Shown: positions 51,760-61,736 of the stretch, in pieces | How the letters are laid out: every line of letters begins with the position of its first letter | Position numbering within the stretch: the stretch's first letter is position 1 | Source: Segatella copri | GTDB lineage: Bacteria > Bacteroidota > Bacteroidia > Bacteroidales > Bacteroidaceae | Length of the DNA: 64,000 nucleotides | Direction of reading: 5' to 3' | Assembly: GCA_021635485.1 (NCBI GenBank) | Contig: JAJWOH010000002.1 | Span: 5,523-69,522 of the forward strand | The notes under the pieces: generated by a model | Database searches by the model: none | Seen by the model: only the letters and a program-made list of their open reading frames with translations | What the model was told of the DNA's origin: nothing | Translations under genes and position numbers: made by a program

Positions 51760-51846
51760 CTATACGCACACCTTATCACTTCCGCCCACAAACTGCAGTC
51801 GAAGTCGAATAATAATGCTTGTAATGTTCAACGATGTTGTTCTCAT
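51760..51846 (-). CDS. Leader peptide of the leu/cimA operon (28 aa, MRTTSLNITSIIIRLRLQFVGGSDKVCV)
   Basis: Short ORF between promoter and terminator; ATT ATT ATT CGA CTT CGA CTG run; contains an antiterminator arm. Confidence 0.7.
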   Translation of the reverse strand: MRTTSLNITSIIIRLRLQFVGGSDKVCV

Positions 51847-51882
51847 ATCTATCTTATTATGTTATATTCTTAAATTCGCATG

Positions 51883-51914
51883 CAAAGGTAACACTTTTAT
51901 TTGATACTAGCAAA
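51883..51914 (-). promoter_or_regulatory. Sigma-A promoter of the leu operon
   Basis: TTTG (51914-51911), 20-nt spacer, TACCTTTG (51890-51883). Confidence 0.75.
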
Positions 51915-52049
51915 CAATTTATAACTTTTTTAATAGAAATGATAACAAATTCCTATAATCTTATGGATTTTTTACCCAAAAACGTTAATCCTGTGCAAGA
52001 ATTTGGCAAAAATGCCGGTTTCTGAGCGAAAAACTGACAAACGCTAACC

Positions 52050-53549
52050 TTAGAAAGGCAGATTCTCAGCAGGTGGTGGCGGTAACGGATTGCCATCCTG
52101 CCCTCCGCCATTCATCCTAGAGCCTACAATCTCACCACCTTCTTCGACAGGTGCTGCTGCAGCATCCTGTGGATCCTGGAATCGGGTAAATTCTCCACGG
52201 AAGTTCAGGAGAACATCTCCAACAGAGCCCTTACGGTGCTTGGCAATGATAATCTGTGCCATACCATGAAGGTCATTACCCTTTTCATCCTGATAGATGT
52301 GATAATATTCCGGGCGGTGCACGAAGAGTACCATATCGGCATCCTGCTCGATGGCTCCGGATTCACGGAGGTCACTCAACTGAGGTCGCTTTCCTTCCAA
52401 ACCCTCACGGTTCTCTACGTTACGGGAGAGCTGTGAAAGAGCAAGCACAGGAATATTCAGCTCTTTTGCTATACCTTTCAGCGAACGGGAGATGGTAGAT
52501 ACCTCCTCCTGACGACTACCAAACTTCATACCATTGGCATTCATCAGCTGAAGATAATCAATCATCAACAGTTTAACACCCTTTTCCCTTACCAGTCGGC
52601 GCGCCTTGGTACGGAGTTCGAAAACAGAAAGCCCCGGTGTATCATCTATATAAATAGGTGCACCCGTGAGTTTTCTCAGTTTTTTATCCAACCTTTCCCA
52701 TTCTGGCTGTTCCAATTGTCCGTTCAGTATTTTTTTACCCGAAATCTCGCAAACATTCGAGATGAGTCGGTTCACCAACTGAACGTTATTCATTTCCAGA
52801 GAGAAGAATCCGATAGGCACATCATAATCTACCGCCACATTCTTGGCAATACTCAATGCAAAGGAAGTCTTACCCATGGCAGGACGACCGGCGATAATCA
52901 CAAGGTCGGACGGTTGCCAACCTGATGTCATATCATCCAACCCACGATAACCCGTAGGAATACCGGTAAGACCACCCGAGTTCTGAGCAGCGCGCTGCAA
53001 GATGGCAACGGCCTCCTTTACAACCGGATCAATCTGTGTATAATCCTGCTTCATATTGTTCTGCGAAAGCTGGAAGAGTTCACCTTCAGCTTTCTGCATC
53101 AGTTCATCCACATCCACACCTTCTTCATACGCCATCGTCTCGATGTCGCCGGCATAATGAATCAGCTGTCGCTGCATATATTTCTGCGCCAGGATACGGG
53201 CATGCGACTCTACATGGGCAGCCGAAGCCATGCCTGCAGAAATATCCATGAGATATTGTGCACCTCCCACCTTATCCAGTTCACCCGTCTTGGCCAACTG
53301 ATCGGCAAGAGTCATGATATCCACAGGCCGTTCCTCCATGTTCATCACCTGGATAGCCTGATATATTCTCTTATGGCGCGGATCATAAAAAGTATCCGGC
53401 TTGAGCAACTCCGACACCACCGAAAAGGCATCAGAATCTATCATCAAGGCACCCAGTACCGCCTGCTCCACATTCACAGCCTGCGGCTGCAAATGGGCGT
53501 AGGTTGGATCTATCTGTACCTTATTCTTATTTTTATTATTCTCCGCCAT
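52050..53549 (-). CDS. dnaB: Replicative DNA helicase
   Basis: EQAVLGA, AGRPAMGKT, FSLEM, IDYLQLM, SQLSR, DLRESGAIEQDAD. Confidence 0.98.
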   Translation of the reverse strand: MAENNKNKNKVQIDPTYAHLQPQAVNVEQAVLGALMIDSDAFSVVSELLKPDTFYDPRHKRIYQAIQVMNMEERPVDIMTLADQLAKTGELDKVGGAQYLMDISAGMASAAHVESHARILAQKYMQRQLIHYAGDIETMAYEEGVDVDELMQKAEGELFQLSQNNMKQDYTQIDPVVKEAVAILQRAAQNSGGLTGIPTGYRGLDDMTSGWQPSDLVIIAGRPAMGKTSFALSIAKNVAVDYDVPIGFFSLEMNNVQLVNRLISNVCEISGKKILNGQLEQPEWERLDKKLRKLTGAPIYIDDTPGLSVFELRTKARRLVREKGVKLLMIDYLQLMNANGMKFGSRQEEVSTISRSLKGIAKELNIPVLALSQLSRNVENREGLEGKRPQLSDLRESGAIEQDADMVLFVHRPEYYHIYQDEKGNDLHGMAQIIIAKHRKGSVGDVLLNFRGEFTRFQDPQDAAAAPVEEGGEIVGSRMNGGGQDGNPLPPPPAENLPF

Positions 53550-53551
53550 CT

Positions 53552-56023
53552 TTATTGTTTTTTCCTTTCCTCGAAAACTTTTTTTGTTATAAATTCCAAT
53601 TCTATAGGCGCAATACCACGATTATCGAGCCAATCTCCCATCTCGAGCAGGCCGAATGCATCTATATCTTCCTTAGGGGAAAAAGCTGCATGACCAGATG
53701 CTTCATTCAAAAATCTGATAGCTGCAGTTCCTCCCTTTTTCACGAGAACGCAGAGTCCATAATAGAAAAATTTCATAGACTCCCATCTGTGGTCTTGTGG
53801 CTTGGAAACTTTGTTCACCATCGCAGATAACATTTTCATGAACATGCGCTGCTTATCATCCTTATCCATATCTGTCATGTCAGAATTCAATATTTCCCTG
53901 ATTTCATTATCATCACTATTTTGCAGATAAGGTTCTATTAAAGCCATTGCATGGTCAATGTTTTTATCGCCTTCCGATTCAGAAAAGAGCAAAGAGAAAG
54001 CCAGTCTGCATTCAACCTGTTCTTCCTTAGGATACTGTTCATCCATCTGGAAAGCCCATTCCAAAGCCTCTTTATAATGATGGAGTTTCAATAAGAGATC
54101 GGTCTTTTTCAGCTTGAGCTTAAACTGCTTACTCTCATCTGATTCTTCTTTAATCAAGCAATTCAATGTTATTAAAGCCGCCGGGTCTTTTATCTCCTCT
54201 TCTATTTCTAATTTCAACTCCGTGGCAGCCTTATAAGTTGGGCTTGTATTCTTAATCACATAGAGATGTTCAAGCGCTTCATCATATTTTTCCTCCGATT
54301 TGTATGCCAATGCAAGCATCATATGCTCTTCGTCGGTATATTTTTCCAGATTACGCAAAATCTTGCTAACAAAGGCATAGTCACCTCTTTTAGCAGAGAA
54401 ACGGGCCAGCGACAGGCGATACTTGTCATATTCCGGTTTAGCAAACAGTCCCGTAGTAAAGAAAGGAATTTCCTTCTGCACTTCGAAAGGATTATCAAAT
54501 GCCTTCCTCATTGGAGAGAGAGTATAGAATCGGTAGAGGTCCTGCACATAGCGATGACGAACCCTGATTGCACGTTTCTTCTTTTCCTCTTCAGAGAGAT
54601 TCTCTTCATGTTCCATTACCGAATCAAGCAGTGTGACATTTTCAGAATCCTTTGCTTCTGTAGAATCAGTCTCATCCTCTACTGGCTCTTCGGTATTCTG
54701 CTCTTTTTCCACCTCATCTTCTTCGTCATAAAAAACAGGACCAGACACCATATTTTCCGGGGTAACATCCAATGATTCAATAAATTCCTTAGATGTATTA
54801 TTCAATGAAAGAATGATGCTATACAGATCGGTATCACACATAGAGGCGCCTCTCAAGAGATTGTTGATGAAATTGCGATGCTGTTTCATCGTAGCCCGAA
54901 CATTCTTGAGCGTAGAATTACGGACATAGAAAGGAACAAACCAATTATAGAGTGAATGGAAATGACCGAAGCTCTTCTGGTTGGCAAACTGATGATAATA
55001 GACATCAACTCCTATATCTTCTGAATTCAACATATAGTCGAAGGCTCCCTTAAGGGCATCATCAGGATTCTCCCCATCTGCTGAGAAGCAATTAAGTCCC
55101 AATTCACCCGTTTGGTCTATCTTTTCGGCCAAATCCTGAGTAAAAGAAGTGAACATGGTCTTCACCACGGAATGCATCATCTCCTTGCTATCCTTTTTAC
55201 TTGTAAGACATAGACGCATCTGGCGTTGGAGATCAACACAGGCTGCCAAAAATTCATCATCCATGATCAAGCCAGCAGCAGAATCCCAATATTTCTGTTT
55301 TTCACCCGAATTGGTTATTGCACAGAAAACGAAACCCACCAAAGCTCGCTGGCGAACACTGCAAGTACTGTCGTCAGACTTGATTAAGCGCATCAAGACT
55401 GCAAGTCTAGGGGCATCAAAGAATACAGAGCATGACAATGAAACAGCCGAAACTATCATATTGATGGTGTATGGATCTACCAAATCGGAAGCGATGATAT
55501 CAAGTATATTCTTGACAAAATCATCATTCCATTCATCAGTTGTCAAAATATAAGAAAACACCATATTGCGATAGGCATTAAGTTGCTCTTGTATCTTTTG
55601 TCTTTCCTCGTCTATCTGTTCTTCAGACAAGTCTACCCTCAAATTTAGCATAGCTTCATCTGTAGCAAATTTTTCAAAGGTTTCCTGTACCTCATCAAAA
55701 CTTGTAAGATTCTGAGCTCTTTTGCGAAGTGCAACAAATGTAGACTCATTAGCCAAAATCCATTCGTGGCGCATTTTACTATAGAGCGTGTCTATATCCA
55801 TATCCAAATCTGAAGCAAGATCATAAAGTTCCCGATGTTTAAGTTTGCCATCTATATAATCATGATATAAAGCATCATATCTTTGTTCAATTTCCGCTAT
55901 TTCTGGCAGACATGGCTCCAAATCCACTTCCTGGTCAATAATCTTGCGAATTGCCTCTATTCTGGATATCATAGTGACATTTTCATGCGAAAACTTTGTC
56001 CAGCTAAAATCTTCTTTTTTCAT
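53552..56023 (-). CDS. Large acidic helical protein with C-terminal TPR-like repeats, function unknown
   Basis: 823-aa ORF; GVDVYYHQF, NWFVPF, MCDTDLYS, YVQDLYRFY blocks; ends 2 nt before the dnaB start. Confidence 0.7.
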   Translation of the reverse strand: MKKEDFSWTKFSHENVTMISRIEAIRKIIDQEVDLEPCLPEIAEIEQRYDALYHDYIDGKLKHRELYDLASDLDMDIDTLYSKMRHEWILANESTFVALRKRAQNLTSFDEVQETFEKFATDEAMLNLRVDLSEEQIDEERQKIQEQLNAYRNMVFSYILTTDEWNDDFVKNILDIIASDLVDPYTINMIVSAVSLSCSVFFDAPRLAVLMRLIKSDDSTCSVRQRALVGFVFCAITNSGEKQKYWDSAAGLIMDDEFLAACVDLQRQMRLCLTSKKDSKEMMHSVVKTMFTSFTQDLAEKIDQTGELGLNCFSADGENPDDALKGAFDYMLNSEDIGVDVYYHQFANQKSFGHFHSLYNWFVPFYVRNSTLKNVRATMKQHRNFINNLLRGASMCDTDLYSIILSLNNTSKEFIESLDVTPENMVSGPVFYDEEDEVEKEQNTEEPVEDETDSTEAKDSENVTLLDSVMEHEENLSEEEKKKRAIRVRHRYVQDLYRFYTLSPMRKAFDNPFEVQKEIPFFTTGLFAKPEYDKYRLSLARFSAKRGDYAFVSKILRNLEKYTDEEHMMLALAYKSEEKYDEALEHLYVIKNTSPTYKAATELKLEIEEEIKDPAALITLNCLIKEESDESKQFKLKLKKTDLLLKLHHYKEALEWAFQMDEQYPKEEQVECRLAFSLLFSESEGDKNIDHAMALIEPYLQNSDDNEIREILNSDMTDMDKDDKQRMFMKMLSAMVNKVSKPQDHRWESMKFFYYGLCVLVKKGGTAAIRFLNEASGHAAFSPKEDIDAFGLLEMGDWLDNRGIAPIELEFITKKVFEERKKQ

Positions 56024-56030
56024 AAGCCGC

Positions 56031-56942
56031 TTATTTTTGTGCTACAGCCAGGTCACGACGTCTTGGTTCCATAGCGTGTTCATATTTAAGTTTTGGAAGA
56101 TTACTGATGGTTTTAGCATCGGCACCCGTATATTTTGTGATGATTCTTGCATAATGCTGTACCCCACGACTGTTTATGCTATCAACAGCAATATTATACG
56201 CCTTGATAAACTTGGCAACTTGGTCTTTACGGCGCGGTTCTGAAAGTATTTTCTTGCGGAAAGCCACAACACCTAACTGCAAGTTCTTATCTCTGCTGTC
56301 AAAGAGTTTTACATGCTGTTCAAGTCGGGCTTTGGTAGCTTGAGGTTCTGGCAGCAACATGGCATCCATCTCGTTGTTAAGCAACATACGCAGACGGATG
56401 TTCAAATCGTTGATTTGAACCTTATAAGCATCATATTTAGGCTTACCGCTATCGATTGCTAAAGTAGCCAGATAATCAGTTGCAGAGTAGCGGGTCATTG
56501 CCACCATCTTATCTGACAGTTGTTTCAGTTCGGATATACGCGAACGCTTATTGGTGATAAACTGCCAATAAAGATTGGTAGAAATAGGGTACGTCAATGC
56601 AGTACCCCGTTTCTCTATATGATGAGCACGAATCAGATCGGTCACGGCTCCCTCTACGCGCTTGCGCTCGATAGCAGTATCACAATCCATTTGTGCAGTA
56701 TATCTACGCAAATGTACGTCTACACCTTGCTGCTGGAAGATACTGTCATCACATGCCAGAAAGATTGGCAGGCAGTCCATTGTTGGCATCACCGCTATCT
56801 TCAGCGCAGCACGGTCTAGGCTATCCAATCTAGCCTTTTCCTTCTTGCTCAAGCGATGACGTTCTGCTTCCGACTTGCCACATCCTGCAAATCCTATAGC
56901 CAGCAAGAGCATCAAGGCTGTAAACGTTTTGAACTTATTCAT
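56031..56942 (-). CDS. ABC-type substrate-binding lipoprotein (TauA/NMT1-like)
   Basis: Lipobox FAG-C; MPTMDCLP, DAMLLPEP. Confidence 0.75.
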   Translation of the reverse strand: MNKFKTFTALMLLLAIGFAGCGKSEAERHRLSKKEKARLDSLDRAALKIAVMPTMDCLPIFLACDDSIFQQQGVDVHLRRYTAQMDCDTAIERKRVEGAVTDLIRAHHIEKRGTALTYPISTNLYWQFITNKRSRISELKQLSDKMVAMTRYSATDYLATLAIDSGKPKYDAYKVQINDLNIRLRMLLNNEMDAMLLPEPQATKARLEQHVKLFDSRDKNLQLGVVAFRKKILSEPRRKDQVAKFIKAYNIAVDSINSRGVQHYARIITKYTGADAKTISNLPKLKYEHAMEPRRRDLAVAQK

Positions 56943-56963
56943 TATCTATCCTTTAATCATTTG

Positions 56964-58145
56964 TTATTCTACATAGAGAACCAATCCCTTCAAATATTCA
57001 CCTTCCGGATGATAAATATTGATAGGATGGTCGGCAGGCTGGTGCAACTGGTGCAAGATGCGAACCTTTCTTCCAGCCTGCGCTGCAGCAGTAAACACAG
57101 CATTGCGGAACTGATCCTTCGTAACCACCTGAGAGCAACTGAAGGTAAAAAGGATGCCGCCCTTCTTAATACGCTGCAAGCCCTTTACGTTCAGGCGGGT
57201 ATAGCCCTTCAACGCATTGCGCAAAGCCGCACGGTGCTTGGCAAAAGCAGGAGGATCAAGAACAATCAGATCATACTGCTGGTCATGTTCATCAAGATAC
57301 TTGAAGGCATCTTCGCAGATAGCCTCATGGCGTGCATCTCCAGGGAAATTGAGCGCAATATTCTCATTGGTCAATTCTATCGCCTTGGCACTGCTGTCTA
57401 CGGAGTGAACAGCCTTAGCCTCGCCTCTCATCGCATAAACAGAAAAACCGCCGGTATAGCAGAACATGTTGAGCACGCTCTTACCCTTGGCATAATGCTC
57501 GAGCAGCGAACGGTTCTCACGCTGATCTACGAAGAAACCCGTTTTCTGACCACGCAACCAGTCGATATGGAATTTCAGTCCATTCTCTACAGCAACATCG
57601 TCAGCATCACCTCCCAGAATAAAGCCATTTTCCTGTCTGAGGTCAGCCTTATATGGTAAGGTTGTCTCACTCTTATAGTAGATATTCTCCAGTGCTTCGC
57701 CCATCACCTTCTTCAAGGCTTTGGCTATCTCCATGCGGCAAACATGCATACCCACACTGTGAGCCTGCATGACAGCAGTAGGACCATAGCAGTCGATAAC
57801 AAGTCCCGGCAAGTTATCACCCTCACCATGAACCAAGCGATAAGTAGTATTGGATGAATTACCGGCAATACCCAAAGCGAGTCTCATTTTATATGCCGAA
57901 TCCAATCTGGCACACCAGTACTCCTCATCAATCTCAATATCTCTAAAAGAAAGAACACGTACAGCGATAGAACCGATCTGATAATGACCTATAGCAATGA
58001 ATTCACCACTACGGGTAAACACTCTCACAATGTCGCCCTCCTCTATGCCCTCATCCATTGCCTGGATAGCACCCGAGAAGATCCATGGATGAAAACGCTT
58101 GAGCGATTCTTCCTTACCTTTCTTTAAATATACGCTTTTATACAT
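56964..58145 (-). CDS. rlmI: 23S rRNA m5C1962 methyltransferase (RlmI family)
   Basis: HPWIFSGA PUA domain; GQKTGFFVDQRENR; LDPPAF; TFSCS; EGEYLKG. Confidence 0.9.
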   Translation of the reverse strand: MYKSVYLKKGKEESLKRFHPWIFSGAIQAMDEGIEEGDIVRVFTRSGEFIAIGHYQIGSIAVRVLSFRDIEIDEEYWCARLDSAYKMRLALGIAGNSSNTTYRLVHGEGDNLPGLVIDCYGPTAVMQAHSVGMHVCRMEIAKALKKVMGEALENIYYKSETTLPYKADLRQENGFILGGDADDVAVENGLKFHIDWLRGQKTGFFVDQRENRSLLEHYAKGKSVLNMFCYTGGFSVYAMRGEAKAVHSVDSSAKAIELTNENIALNFPGDARHEAICEDAFKYLDEHDQQYDLIVLDPPAFAKHRAALRNALKGYTRLNVKGLQRIKKGGILFTFSCSQVVTKDQFRNAVFTAAAQAGRKVRILHQLHQPADHPINIYHPEGEYLKGLVLYVE

Positions 58146-58199
58146 ATTTATATATGAAGTTTCTTACGATTATCAATTTCTATTCCTTACCACCTTATA

Positions 58200-58817
58200 T
58201 CATACCCTGAGTTCATCGAGCTCGTAATCGCCTGTAGCAGACAAACGCTTGAATTCCTCATACAGATTAATGCAGCACCAGGCATCTGTAGCTGCATAGA
58301 GAGCCTGCGATTCCTTCAAATCGCTAGCCTCCCAATTGCTCAACCGTTGCGCCTTGCTGATTTTCTGGTGAAACAGGTTAGCATACAGTTTCTGCAGACT
58401 CATGTCTGCGATACCAAAGTTCTTTGCAACATCCTGCAACTCGATAAAGTAGCCAGCCTTAAAAGCAGCTCGCTTATGGAGCTGCAGCAAGTCATCGTGC
58501 CAGGAAAGTCCTACTTTTGGCACGGTGGTATCTTCGAGCAAGCGAATGATGGCAGGAGTCATGCCCGTATGATGCAGGCGGAAAAGATAACAAGTATCAT
58601 GTGTACTCACCTGCAACAACGAAACATGGTAAGCCTGACCACGCTTGAATGATGGGCGCGTTTCTGTATCCACGCCCAGTATATAATGGCTAAGTAGGTC
58701 ATTAACAGCCGCTTCTGTATCTTCAGGCTTGTCAACGACTACGATTTTGCCAGGAAACAAAGCTCTTGGCAAATTCGTGATTGCCGCCTTGTCGAAACTA
58801 GTGAAAATAATCTTCAT
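58200..58817 (-). CDS. 3'-5' exonuclease (DEDDy, RNase D/WRN-like)
   Basis: GVDTETRPSF, SNWE, YAATDAW. Confidence 0.88.
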   Translation of the reverse strand: MKIIFTSFDKAAITNLPRALFPGKIVVVDKPEDTEAAVNDLLSHYILGVDTETRPSFKRGQAYHVSLLQVSTHDTCYLFRLHHTGMTPAIIRLLEDTTVPKVGLSWHDDLLQLHKRAAFKAGYFIELQDVAKNFGIADMSLQKLYANLFHQKISKAQRLSNWEASDLKESQALYAATDAWCCINLYEEFKRLSATGDYELDELRV

Positions 58818-58930
58818 TATGCTTTTTATTCTTTACAAGTTGCAAAATTAGAAAAAAAAGATGAGAAAAAGAATTGTTTTCTCAATTATTTTCGCTAATT
58901 TTGCAGATAAATTATTCAAAAATATATAAA

Positions 58931-61558
58931 ATGGCTAAAAAAAGAACTGAAAAAAAGACCAAAACCTTTAGCGAAGCTATTGGTTTACAGTATATTTTCA
59001 ACAATACTATCACCGACTTTTTCATAGGATTAGCCTTGGTAGTCATTGCTGTGGTTATCATCATCGCTATGATCTCCTTTCTCAACACAGGAGCCAATGA
59101 CCAGAGTTTGCTCGAAAATCTGAAGCCGGGCGAATGGACCAACACGGAAAAACAGTTTCAGAACTACTGCGGATCCTGGGGAGCCATTGTATCCTATTGG
59201 CTCATTGCCATCAATTTCGGATTTCCAGCCTTCATGCTCCCATTCTTTGTCATTATGGTGGGATTGCAGATGATGCATGCCTACAAGCTGAACCTGTGGA
59301 AATGGTTCTTCTGCATGATTGTGGTCATGCTATGGATGTCGGTAACCTTTGCCAAGTTCATCGCACCTATCATGCCAAGTCTCACATTCAATCCGGGCGG
59401 AAAGCACGGACTCTTTGTCGTGCAGAATCTGGAGAACATCATGGGTCCTCCAGGACTTACTGCCATTCTTTTCTTCGTGGCGGTAGCATTCCTCACCTAT
59501 CTCACCACTGAAACCATTACGGTAATCAGAAAAGCACTCAACCCTATCGGTTATATATCAAATAAGGTGAAATTTGAGATTACTAACCATGGAAAGAACA
59601 GGAAAGATACGGAAGCTATCGACGAGGTATACGCCAGCGCAGCATATGGTGCTGGCACAGAGGATGAGAAAGAAGAATATAAGGAAGAAGAACCTGCCAA
59701 AGTCATCGACCTGAATTTGGATCCGGACCAGACTTTCGCAAACCCGGACACACCTTCTACGTCTGTTGAGCCAGAGGCAGACGGACAGGAAGCTAAAGGA
59801 GCAGAAGGTGATACAGAAAAAGATGAAACCATCGCTATAGCCAACAGCACGCAGAACGAGAATATGTCACTCATTGCACGTCAGCGCGAACTCCGTACAA
59901 AACGGGCTGAACAGGAAGCATTGGAAAAGCAAGCTGCCGAGGCTGCTGCAGCTTCTGAGCATATAGGTATGGACATCTCTGTAGCCACAGCCGACGAGAA
60001 GGCTACAGGCAACACCTTGAGCAATGCAGAAGTACTGAATACTCCGATTAATCCGAAGGAGCCGTTCACCAGATATAAATATCCGGTACTCAACCTTCTG
60101 AAGAAGTATGAGGATGACGGCGTATCCATCGATGAGGAAGAGCAGCGCGCCAACAAAAACCGCATCATCGAGGTGCTGGGCAACTTTGGCGTACAGATCA
60201 AAACCATCCGTGCTACGGTTGGTCCTACCATCACACTCTACGAAATCCAGCCTGCAGAAGGCGTACGTATCTCTAAGATCAAGAATCTGGAAGATGACAT
60301 CGCCTTGAGTCTGGCAGCTCTCGGCATCCGTATCATCGCTCCTATCCCAGGTAAGGGAACCATCGGTATTGAGGTACCTAACGCAAAGGCGAACATCGTT
60401 AGTATGGAAAGTACTTTAAACTCAAAGAAATTCCAAGAAACCAAGATGGAGTTACCTATCGCTTTGGGTAAGACCATTACCAACGAAGTGTTTATGGTTG
60501 ATTTGGCAAAGATTCCTCACCTGCTTGTTGCGGGTGCTACCGGACAGGGTAAATCTGTAGGTTTGAATGCCATCATCACCTCTTTATTATACAAGAAACA
60601 TCCAAACGAGCTCAAACTGGTTCTCATCGACCCTAAGAAGGTGGAGTTTAGCGTCTACTCCCGTATTGCCAATAAGTTTATGGCTGCGGTTCCTGATGAG
60701 GAAGAACCTATCATAACCGATGTAACCAAGGTGGTTAGGACCCTGAACAGTCTGTGTGTACTGATGGATAGCCGTTACGACTTGCTCAAAAAGGCAGGAG
60801 CCCGTAACATCAAAGAATACAACCAGAAGTATATCAACCACAAGTTGAAGTTGACTGATGGACATGAGTATATGCCATACATCGTGGTGATTATAGATGA
60901 GTTCGGTGATCTGATCATGACAGCCGGCAAGGAAGTAGAACTTCCTATTGCCCGTATCGCCCAGTTGGCACGTGCCGTGGGTATCCACATGATTATTGCC
61001 ACCCAGCGTCCTACAACCAGCATCATCACGGGTAATATCAAGGCTAACTTCCCTGGCCGTATCGCCTTTAAGGTTACATCTGCCATCGACTCAAAGACCA
61101 TTCTTGACCGTACAGGAGCCAACCAGCTGATTGGTCGTGGTGATATGCTCTATCTCTGCGGCAACGAACCTGTACGTGTACAGTGTGCCTTTGTTGATAC
61201 ACCTGAAATCGAGCGCATCAACGAGTATATCTGCGAACAGCCTGGTCCTATCGAACCTATGGAGTTGCCAGAACCAGCTAATGATGAAGGAAGCGCAGGT
61301 GGAAGCGGCAGCATCAGTGCCCGCGAACTGGATCCGTTCTTCGAAGAGGCAGCCCATGCGATTGTTCTTTCGCAGCAGGGTTCTACCAGCATGATACAGC
61401 GCCGGTTCAGTATCGGCTATAACCGTGCAGGACGACTGATGGACCAGATGGAAGCTGCAGGCATCGTAGGTGCAGCACAGGGCAGCAAACCTCGTGAGGT
61501 ACTGATACAGGATGAAAACCAGCTTAATAATCTGTTAATGGCACTTCGAAACTCTTAA
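58931..61558 (+). CDS. ftsK: DNA translocase FtsK
   Basis: N-terminal TM domain; PHLLVAGATGQGKS; IDEFGDL; ATQRP; gamma domain QRRFSIGYNRAGRLMD; start ATG 58931. Confidence 0.96.
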   Translation: MAKKRTEKKTKTFSEAIGLQYIFNNTITDFFIGLALVVIAVVIIIAMISFLNTGANDQSLLENLKPGEWTNTEKQFQNYCGSWGAIVSYWLIAINFGFPAFMLPFFVIMVGLQMMHAYKLNLWKWFFCMIVVMLWMSVTFAKFIAPIMPSLTFNPGGKHGLFVVQNLENIMGPPGLTAILFFVAVAFLTYLTTETITVIRKALNPIGYISNKVKFEITNHGKNRKDTEAIDEVYASAAYGAGTEDEKEEYKEEEPAKVIDLNLDPDQTFANPDTPSTSVEPEADGQEAKGAEGDTEKDETIAIANSTQNENMSLIARQRELRTKRAEQEALEKQAAEAAAASEHIGMDISVATADEKATGNTLSNAEVLNTPINPKEPFTRYKYPVLNLLKKYEDDGVSIDEEEQRANKNRIIEVLGNFGVQIKTIRATVGPTITLYEIQPAEGVRISKIKNLEDDIALSLAALGIRIIAPIPGKGTIGIEVPNAKANIVSMESTLNSKKFQETKMELPIALGKTITNEVFMVDLAKIPHLLVAGATGQGKSVGLNAIITSLLYKKHPNELKLVLIDPKKVEFSVYSRIANKFMAAVPDEEEPIITDVTKVVRTLNSLCVLMDSRYDLLKKAGARNIKEYNQKYINHKLKLTDGHEYMPYIVVIIDEFGDLIMTAGKEVELPIARIAQLARAVGIHMIIATQRPTTSIITGNIKANFPGRIAFKVTSAIDSKTILDRTGANQLIGRGDMLYLCGNEPVRVQCAFVDTPEIERINEYICEQPGPIEPMELPEPANDEGSAGGSGSISARELDPFFEEAAHAIVLSQQGSTSMIQRRFSIGYNRAGRLMDQMEAAGIVGAAQGSKPREVLIQDENQLNNLLMALRNS

Positions 61559-61623
61559 TTTTAGTAAAGGACTAAGGGTATGAAAGAAGATAATATTGGA
61601 AAAGGTTAAATTATTAAACCCTG

Positions 61624-61667
61624 AAGCCGTGAAAACGTCTAAGAGAGAAAAGACGTTTTTACGGCTT
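61624..61667 (+). terminator. Stem-loop after ftsK
   Basis: AAGCCGTGAAAACGTCT...AGACGTTTTTACGGCTT. Confidence 0.65.
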
Positions 61668-61736
61668 TATGATAGAGTATGAAATTTTAGAAGATATAAT
61701 ATAACATAGAATTTTAAAAGAAAGGAAAAGATAAAA

